Shown here: positions 55,381 through 64,000 of the stretch, piece by piece
How positions within the stretch are numbered: position 1 is the first letter of the stretch
How the letters are laid out: every line of letters starts with the position of its first letter
Source of the DNA: the human T2T-CHM13v2.0 reference genome, Homo sapiens
Reading direction: 5' to 3' (one strand)
Length of the DNA: 64,000 nt
NCBI RefSeq assembly: GCF_009914755.1
Contig: NC_060925.1
Position numbers and translations under genes: made by a program
Notes under the pieces: generated by a model
Databases searched by the model: none
Seen by the model: only the letters and a program-made list of their open reading frames with translations
Told to the model about the DNA's origin: nothing

Positions 55381-55722
55381 AAGGGGGTTAAGAGAGAGGG
55401 AGGGATGCATAGGCAGAACCAAGAGGATTGTTGGGGTAGCAAACCTCCTCTGTGTGATGCTATAATGGTGGGTAAATGTCCTTATACATTTGTCCAAACC
55501 CAAGGAATTTTCACAACATCAAGAGTGACCCCTAATGTAAACTATGGACTTTAGGTGATAATGGTATATCACCATATGTTTAGCAACTGTAACAAATGTA
55601 CCACTCTGGTAGGGGGTGCTGATAATGGAGGAAGCTGTACATGTGTTGAGGTAGTGGGTATTTGGAACTCTCTGAATCTTCCTCTCAATTTTGCTGTGAA
55701 CTTAAAACTGCTCTTTAAAATG
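55381..55722 (+). mobile_element. L1MC-type 3' end
   Basis: ttatacatttgtccaaaccc...cctaatgtaaactatggacttt...ttttgctgtgaacttaaaactgctct. Confidence 0.85.
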
Positions 55723-55754
55723 GTTTTCAACAATATGTACAAAAAAGGGGTAAA

Positions 55755-56183
55755 AAATCATGTCCACCTAGAACCTGTGAATGTGACCTTATTTGAAAAT
55801 AGTGTCTCTTTGGATACAATCAAGTTTTAGATGAGATAATATTGAATTAGGGTGGGCCCTAAATCCAATGACTGTTGTCCTTATAAGAGAGAAATCTGGA
55901 CACACAGACAGACACAAAGAGGGAAGAAGGCCGTTTGAAGACAGGGGCAGCCACTGGAGTGATGCAGCTACAAGCCCAGGAACACCATGAGTTGCCAGCA
56001 ACCACCAGAAGGTGGGAAGAGATTAGGAAGAATTCTTCCCTAGAGCCTTTGGAAGGAGCATAGCCCTACCAACACCTTGATTTTTGATTTCTGGCCTTCA
56101 TAATTGTGAGATAATAAATTTCTATTGTTTAAAGCTGTTCAGATATTGGTAACTTGCTATGGGAACCCTAGGAAACTAATACA
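55755..56183 (+). mobile_element. MLT1C-type MaLR LTR
   Basis: gaacctgtgaatgtgaccttatttg...gggtgggccctaaatccaatgact...ccctaggaaactaataca. Confidence 0.88.
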
Positions 56184-57387
56184 CTTGGTGAACCAGGCCC
56201 TTCACAATCCATACCACTTTATCTCCTTAAATAGTTCCTTATACCCCATGCTCCAGAACCACCGAACTACTTGTCATTACCCAAACATGACATACAAATT
56301 CCATTCCTCTTTGCCTTTTTACCAGCAGTTTCTTCTACCCTAAAAGCTTTTCTGCCCCTCACTTACCTAAAATAATCATACTCATCCTTCTAAATTGAGA
56401 TTAAGCAAATTAACATTATCTCCATGAAGCCTTCCAGAATACTCAGCCACCAAAGCTGGTCATGTTCTCCTCTCTGGACCACACAGATCTTTGGATTAGG
56501 AACTTAATTCTATTTATTTCTACATTCTGTGTACCTAACACAGTGCTTGATATATAATAGCACTCCAAGGAGTTTTTTTAGGTGAAATAATTATCAATTA
56601 ATGACTTGATAAAAAATAATTAAGCCTCCCAAAAGAAGCCAAATAAATGTCAATAGAAAGAAAATGAAGCAATCTTTGTCTTAGTAAGTCTCATTTGTAT
56701 AATTCACCAAAATTTTTCATCTACCTAAAATTGTTTTAAAAACAACACCTTATCTATTCTCAAGAAAACAAACTAACATGATGACATAAACTAATGTGCC
56801 TATTTTTTGAAAGTATAGATTTCAATGAGTACATGCCACTACGTGTTCAAATCTACACTGTCCATTCTGAGGGAAATAGAACAACAGATTGGAGATAAGA
56901 ACACCTCTGTTGGTGTGCTGGCTCTTTGGATTAGTTGATCCTTTCAAATTTGGTTTCCTCATCTGTAAAATAAGGTGCCTACAATTTGACCTCTGCTTTT
57001 TATATAATTTTTGCATATCACAATATTCACCTTCTAATAAAAAATTACTCTTAAGAAATAAAATAATATAAGAACAGACAGATTCAAATAAAACCAGCAA
57101 ATAATACAAAAATAATTTCTATTTGATTTTGGAAGTCAGGGACAGAAAATGCATCCAAACTCAATCATTCCATTCAAACTCAATCATTTGAATTCATTCA
57201 ATCCCTTCCCCTTCGCATCTGCATCAGAGCCCTTAGTTCAGTTGGTCCCAATAGCCCTAACTTAGAGAATTAATATGGTGCTGAAAGGTTCATGACTATT
57301 TTGGATAGACCAGATGTTGATGACTTAAATTTATGTTAGTAAGTTTTGATTGTATCTGTTCTTGCAGGAAGGTTTAGTGGGGAATGG

Positions 57388-57750
57388 TGTCTTAGTCAGT
57401 TCACGCTGTATGACAAAGCACCATAGAATGGGTGGCTTCCTAAGCAACAGACATTTATTTCTCACAGTTCCAGAGACTGGAGGTGTGAGATCTGTGTTCC
57501 AGCATGTTCAGTACTGGCAAGGCCCTCTTCCAGGTTGCAGACAGTCAACTTCTTGTATCTTCACATGGTGGAAAGACAGCAACAGACCTCTTTGGGGTAT
57601 TTTTTTATACAAGCACTACTCCCATTCATGTGGGCTATACCCCCATCACCTCACTTACTCCCAAAGATCTCACCTCTCAATACCATTACTTTGGGCATTA
57701 GGATTTCAACATCTGAATGCTGGGAAGACAGAAATATTCAGTCCCTAACA
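57388..57750 (-). mobile_element. MLT1A-type MaLR solo LTR
   Basis: tgtcttagtc...aacagacatttatttctcacagtt...ggatttcaaca...attcagtccctaaca. Confidence 0.88.
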
Positions 57751-60302
57751 AGTGTGTATGAGAAGGAGCTTTTATCTCTCGCATATTCTTCTTTAGTCTA
57801 AGACCTTCCAACAGCAAGGTCTTTTCTTTTTCTTCCTTATATGCCCTTATCAGAGCTTACGAGCATGTTCCACACATGATTGGTAAGGGATAAATCCATG
57901 CCTCAAATTATTGAAAAACTACCCAAAAACTGGGAAGCTTAGAGAAGAATATTTTATGACATCTATCATCTTGAAATTTGTAATAGATCAAGTTCCATAT
58001 TGCTCCATGTAGAAGACACAAAAGGAGATTGACTAGCATCAAGAGAATCACTGCCATTGAAAAGAAACAAAAAGAGTAATTTTATATGAGGCTATATTGA
58101 TCTAAATGATAAAATGTTTTCTTTGAAACAAAGAAAAAAATTGTATGTGCTCCTTATTGTAAGGTTAAATAAACACTAGTTAGAAAGAAGTGTGGGCTCT
58201 TATTTCTAATTATGGGCCTTGCAGAGTTTGTAGAGAAAATATTTAGCCAACATATCCTATCTCAGGGACTCCTACTTGATAACATCCTAGATAGGGTATA
58301 CAATGACACCATTTCTCTCTGGACACACTGAAGTTGAGAACAAAGAGGCAATTATGGTTACCAAGGGCAGCTCTCTAACTTGGGTTGTCCAACGGTTATT
58401 AAAATAACTTAACAAGAGATTAATTCCAGTACTTCAGAACAACAGAAAACAGCCAACACTGGAAGTAAACATCTAGTAAAACAAGATCAATAAATGGGAA
58501 ATCACAAAAATTGGATTCCCCGGAACCAAGAACGTCCTCTCTGCAAATCCTTAAACTATGGGAAAATTTGGCTTAAAAATATATGAACATGTTTCTGAAT
58601 ACAAACCTATACATGTGTGTATGTATACAGTATATATATTATGTATGTATATATTATATAATAAACCTTGTATAAATCCATACAGAGGTATGACACTTGA
58701 TTAATCTACACTTGGCCTATAATTGAAATTGAATTTAGAAATATAAACCAACTCCCTTCCATTACAAGTCCTCGCCAAGACTCAACTCACTAGAATTTAC
58801 TTAACCTCATGATACATTTTTTTGTTATTAATCTTGTTAAAATCATGCCCCTTCATTGTGAATCCATTGGATCACTGAGATCCTCCAAAAGCTTTGGGAA
58901 GGATGAAAAGACACCTTTTCTTCCCATGCACAGCTTCATAGTACCTTCTCTTGCATTGATATAGCTAATTTCATCAAGATCCCCACCTTTAGTGATCTGC
59001 AGGTGAAATGCAGGCACCTGACTCCAAGTTCATGCCCCAACTTAAGTCAGCCCCATGCTCAGCGGCACTCCCAAGACTTCCAGGATAGGTCTATGGGCTC
59101 TAATCACAGCATACATCACCCAGGAAACAAAAAAACAGCCTCCCTCTCCTAGAGTTCCAATCTTAATGAGTGCTTATCCACCCCATGAAAAAAAAGGGAG
59201 AAGATAAATTCTTGTAAACACTGCATTCCCAGTTCCTCTCTCTCTTCCCTCCTCACAGTCTGCAAGTAGGAAGGAGGAAGGAAGCTGGCATGGTGGGTGG
59301 AGGAAGAAGAGCTGGCTCAGCCTTTCCTTTCACAGGTTCTGTGGTCAAATCAGTAACTGGGTCTGACTGCAAAGAAGGCTAATCAGAATGTGAAGGATGA
59401 TGTAATTCCTGTTGTTTTCAGGTGTGAGCCATTAGCAACAAATTCAGAACAACAACAACAAAAAAAACACACATCTTGTACCTGTTTTTCTCCATTTCTA
59501 GGAAATCAGTAGTAATATAATGTTGGCATTAGATCTATATAACTATGTTAATGTAGATTATAGATTTATTCATCTATTACAGAAAGTAGCAAAATGATAG
59601 TATTACCAAACTTTAGATAATTTATCATTCTTAAGAATGTATGTATGCACTAATAAACATATTTACAAATATTTTCTATGTAAAAATGAAAGTACTGTGC
59701 AAGACACTTCTTATTTAGCCCATTCTTTTCTAGGTAACTATATATTTAGGTTCAACATAGTCTCCACACATCAGTTTTCACGTGCAGTCAGTGATTTTTA
59801 CATATTTGGGGATATTTTCAGATACTGCTCGACTGAAATTATTCTTTCCACCCTAAAGCCAAAAAAAAGTCTAAATAATTACTTCCATGGTTTCTAGGCA
59901 GAACAAAAGAAAAAGGACATTCGGGGGAAAAAAAGACATTTCTGCACACAGGCAGCAGACAATTTGCCAGAAATATTGAGATAAAATTAACTTTCTTAAC
60001 TTTCATAAACACAAAGGCCAACTTAACAAATTAGGAACCATTAAGACTAGAGGTTTGTCAATGCTGTGTGTGGAAACTTATAAAAAGAAGAAAAAAGACT
60101 AGAGGTTTGGAGAGTTGTATTGGGGAAAGGATCTTCCCAAGTCTCTTGCATCTCCACAAATCTTGCAAGTAAAGCTAACAAGACTACCCTTTCTCCTATC
60201 TTTCAAAGGATGTTTATATCGCGCATATTCTTGGAATATAGAGATACTGTCTCCCTCTAGAGAAAAGGGAAGTATGTGTTTTCTATCAATTTGGTTTCTA
60301 TA

Positions 60303-60570
60303 TATTTTTTTACTGATAAATAAAAGATATAAATGTGTTTGGAGTACATGTGATAATTTTATACATTCATATAATGTGTAAAGATCAAATCAGGGTAACT
60401 GACATATCCATCACCTTAAATATTTACCTGTTTTTTTATGCTAGGAATGTTTGAATAATTCCCTTCTAGCTACTTTGATATGTATTATATTGTTAACTAT
60501 ACTCACCTTGCTGATCTATCAAACACTAGACCTTATTTCTTCTAACTATATATTTGTACCCTCTAATCAT
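60303..60570 (-). mobile_element. L1MA-type 3' end fragment
   Basis: gtacatgtgata...atcaaatcagggtaa...catcaccttaaa...ttgttaactata. Confidence 0.8.
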
Positions 60571-60619
60571 CTATTGAAAGACCTGACCTTTAAAGAACGA
60601 CCTTTTTAAAGTCATGCAT

Positions 60620-60950
60620 ATTCATATATAATTTATATGCAGTAGAGTTTTCCAATTCCAGTTGTACAGTTTTATTAATTGGGACACGTATATACCGTCA
60701 TGTAACCACCATCTCAATTAAGATACAGGATACTTCCATCACAACAAAAATTTCCCTTGTGGTCTTTTGTAGCCAACTGTTTCCCTCCATACCCAACCTC
60801 AGAAAACCACTGATCTATTTTCTCTTCTTGTGATTTTGTCTTTTCCAGACTATCATATGAATGGATTCACATAGTATGTAGACTTTTGGGTCTGGCTTCT
60901 TTCTCTTAGCATACTTTGGAGATTCATTTATATTGTAGTGTGTGTCCATT
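60620..60950 (-). mobile_element. Old L1 (L1MC/ME) fragment
   Basis: tgtaaccaccatctcaattaagatacag...aaaccactgatct...gtctggcttctttctcttagcat. Confidence 0.7.
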
Positions 60951-61104
60951 GAGAGGCTTCTTCCATAATGCAAGTGAGAGGTGAGTGGTAACATCGGTGG
61001 AGAATGTCGACAAGTTGTAGAGACACAAAGAAGGACAAATGAAAGTGTTCATTTGAAGAAAGAACTTCACAGCCTTAAAAAGAAAACCCTTAAAAATAAC
61101 AAAT

Positions 61105-61596
61105 TGATTTCATTTTCTATGGCTGTGTAGTATCCCCTGGTGTGTAGATATCACATTTTCTTTATCAAAGTATCTGTTGAGGAATACTTAGGTTGATTCC
61201 ATGACTATGCTATTGTGAATAGTGCTGTGATAAACACATGCATTCAGGTGACTTTTTTACATAAAGATTTCTTTTCCTTTAGATAGATACTCTGCAGTGG
61301 GATTGCTGGGTTCCATAGTAGTTCTATTTTTGTTTTTTTGAGAAATCTCCATGCTGGTTTTCATAGAGGTTGTATTAATTTACATTCCTACCAGCAGTGT
61401 ATAAGCATTTGCTTTTCTCTGCATCTTTGCCAACATCTGTTGTTTTTTGACTTAATAATAGCCCTTCTTACTGGTATAACAGGGTATCTCGTTGTGGTTT
61501 TAATTTGTATTTCTCTGACAATTAGTGATGTTGAGCACTTTTTCATGTTTGTTGGCTACTTGTTTGTCTTCTTTTGAGAAAAGTCTGTTCATGTCA
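61105..61596 (-). mobile_element. L1 (L1MA/L1PB-type) ORF2-end/3'UTR fragment
   Basis: ttaggttgattccatgactatgctattgtgaatagtgct...ttttgagaaatctccat...cttttgagaaaagtctgttcatgtc. Confidence 0.85.
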
Positions 61597-62918
61597 AACT
61601 GAGTCTGATGTTCTGATTTCACAAAATGAAGAAATGGATGTCCAGGGAGAAAAAGTAACTTTACACATTGCCATTAAATCTTTATTAGTTGGTTGAAATA
61701 TTCACAAGTATAGAAAACAAGGCTCCTTGAGGAGCAAAGAACTGGGTACAAAAGAGTAGTAGCCATGGTGACCAGAAACCTTGGAATCATTTTTCACAGT
61801 TCAGCTTCCCAGTCCTCTACGTAAGCCCCACTAGGCACTATTTTTCTTACCATTATTTACCAGTGGGGAAACAGAGATGACTTTTCTCAGGGTTACTTGT
61901 GGATTGTTGTTGTCGAGAGCAAATTGGAGACTTCTAACATCTGGTCCAGCACTTTGCCACCACTTCACTTTTGTTCTGGAAAAGAGCCAAAATTAGCTCA
62001 TTGTAAAGAAGTCACCAAGCTCTGATTTTTGTGCAAATAAACTTTATGGTTTGCCATTGAAAAAACTATTACTCCAAGATCAACTTTCAGAATTCAACAA
62101 AACGAGGACCCCTGTCTCTCAACACACTATCATGCCCCACAGATGACTAAAGAACACAGTGGGCTCGTGCTTTACATGAGGTAATGCCACATGGATCACA
62201 CCCTGTCTGTTAGAAGGAAACACTAGAGGATGAGAGCCGATCAGGTTGCAGGCTCCAGAGACCTCCCATTCTTCTCTGTCGAAAGCCAAAGAAATGGCAA
62301 ATTTAACCCAATTTGAAAATGATTTGAGTCCTCGCTGACCTGGGGAATTTCATTCAGCAGATAACTCCTTAATGCATATAAACAGGGTTGTATAAGCAAG
62401 ACTGAGAGATTCCCACCATGAGCATTTTGATGTGAGTCTCTTGAGCTTGGGAATAAGTCTCAAATAACTCATCAATTAAGGAAGGAAAAAACTCTGAAGT
62501 TAGTTGTTTTGCATCAAGGAGACAGAACAACTGGTTGATTGTTAGATGTTTCTGCTTCTCCATTAGTCCTTCTGGTGTTTGAAGATGATGAATCAATAAA
62601 GAATCTGAGGGGCTCTCTGGAGTCTCAATGCATCTGTTATCAGAGCAGAGACTGGCAAAACTATGTAAAAGCCTGTGGAGCTATTCATAGATTCATGTCG
62701 GCTCATAAATGAGGAGCGGAATGACTGTACAAGTCAAAATATGATAGCCTCACAGGGTGCTGCTATTGAAATTGAGACATGTACATTAAAGTAATTAGTA
62801 CACTGAAGTATTATTTGTTCCTAAGAAATGGGACTACGTAGCAGACTTTTAATTTCTTCTTATATGTCTCGGTATTTCCAAAGTTTCTGCAAATGTACAG
62901 CAAATTGCTTTTGTAAGA

Positions 62919-63065
62919 AGCTGAGCATAGTGATGCATGTCTGTAGTCTCAGCTACTCAGGAGGCTGAGATGGGAGGATCACATGAGCCTGGGAGCTCGA
63001 GGCCAGCTTGGACAACATAGTGAGAACCCATCTCATTTTTTGAAAAAATTAAAATTAAAAAATTA
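62919..63065 (+). mobile_element. Free Alu monomer (FLAM-like)
   Basis: Single ~120-bp monomer tgtagtctcagctactcaggaggctgag...gaggccagcttggacaacatagtgaga plus A-rich tail. Confidence 0.85.
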
Positions 63066-63439
63066 AAACTTTTATTTAAAGAAATAGCCTTCAGAGTTTA
63101 AAAAATAAAGATACTCTATATAAACTGAAATAGTGAGTGGAAAACAACAATGAAATCCAATGAATGTAAAGTTATGTGTTACGTATGCTTCAGAGAAGTC
63201 TCTGGCAAAACAGCAAGAGAAGCAAGTTCTAGCTGAAAAGTTTGTATTCAAGAGACAAAGAGAGCAAGAGAGAAAGGGAGGGAGAAAAGGAGTGTTTAAA
63301 AAGTAAACAAAAAGGAAGACTGTTAAAATGAGTTGACTCAAATTTCAAAATTAGCCTACAAGTTTGACCTGGCTATTAAAGGCCATGGCAGTTAATAGAA
63401 TATGAGGTACCATTAGCACATCAAAGGAAGGAAGCTCCG

Positions 63440-63640
63440 TATCCTCTGCACCACTCAGCCCAATCTGTAGTACCACATTTTAAGAAAACTGTCAAAATGG
63501 ATTGTATTTGGAAGAAAGCAACCTCGATGGTGAAAAAGGTCTGGAAAATGTCTTTAGAAAAGGATGGTTAAAGGAATTCAGCAAATTTAACTTGAAAACT
63601 GGATATATGCAGTAGCAATCAAATGTTGTGGACAGACTCA
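63440..63640 (+). mobile_element. CR1/L3 remnant
   Basis: ccacattttaagaaa...gatggtgaaaaaggtctggaaaa...ggttaaaggaa resembles L3 ORF2. Confidence 0.55.
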
Positions 63641-64000
63641 AAAAAGAAAAAAAAAAGGATCAGCCTAATTCTAGACTGGTTGTTCCTTAGACAATGAGTT
63701 TGTCTCTTCTGGGAATATGAAAGGCAATGGCGGGAAACACAGACCCTCAGTCCCTGGAGTGTTAAGGGGCAGCTCTCTAAAGAGAATGTTCACGAACCCT
63801 CCTGCTAAACTGAGGAGTAACAAGGTCCCTTTCTCTCTTGATTCTTATTGTTCAACATTGCCAGGCTCTCGAGATATCTTTGCAGTTGATTTTCACTTTA
63901 TAACATTTTATAGTTAGCAAGAAATTAACTAACAAAGACTTTGGCTCTAAGAATCAGGCTAGATGCTGTTATTTAAGGGAGTGGTGCTTAAATGCGGCCA

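Overview
This is primate (most likely human) genomic DNA: AT-rich, CpG-poor and dominated by interspersed repeats. I cannot support any intact protein-coding gene or name the locus. The longer ORFs in the track come from L1, Alu or simple repeats. Main content: a ~6.5 kb decayed L1MA-type LINE-1 (16.6-23.2 kb) with a nested Alu, nine Alus plus a free monomer, MaLR LTRs, hAT and mariner MITEs (MER20, MER58A, MER1B, MER5, two MADE1), MIR/L2/CR1 relics and microsatellites. One CpG-retaining candidate regulatory element lies at ~36.9-37.7 kb, with a perfect CRE and a CTCF-like motif. I found no convincing new biological system. The most unusual items are records of local genome repair and insertion: a 269-bp copy of downstream DNA flanked by a 34-bp direct repeat, a tailless 5S rRNA retrocopy, two tiny A-tailed insertions of unrecognised source, a nested MADE1/Alu/MADE1 cluster and template-switch palindromes. 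A few low-confidence splice-site candidates on both strands hint at an intron or lncRNA context. Repeat subfamily calls are by eye from remembered consensus sequences, and the boundaries of old repeats are approximate.
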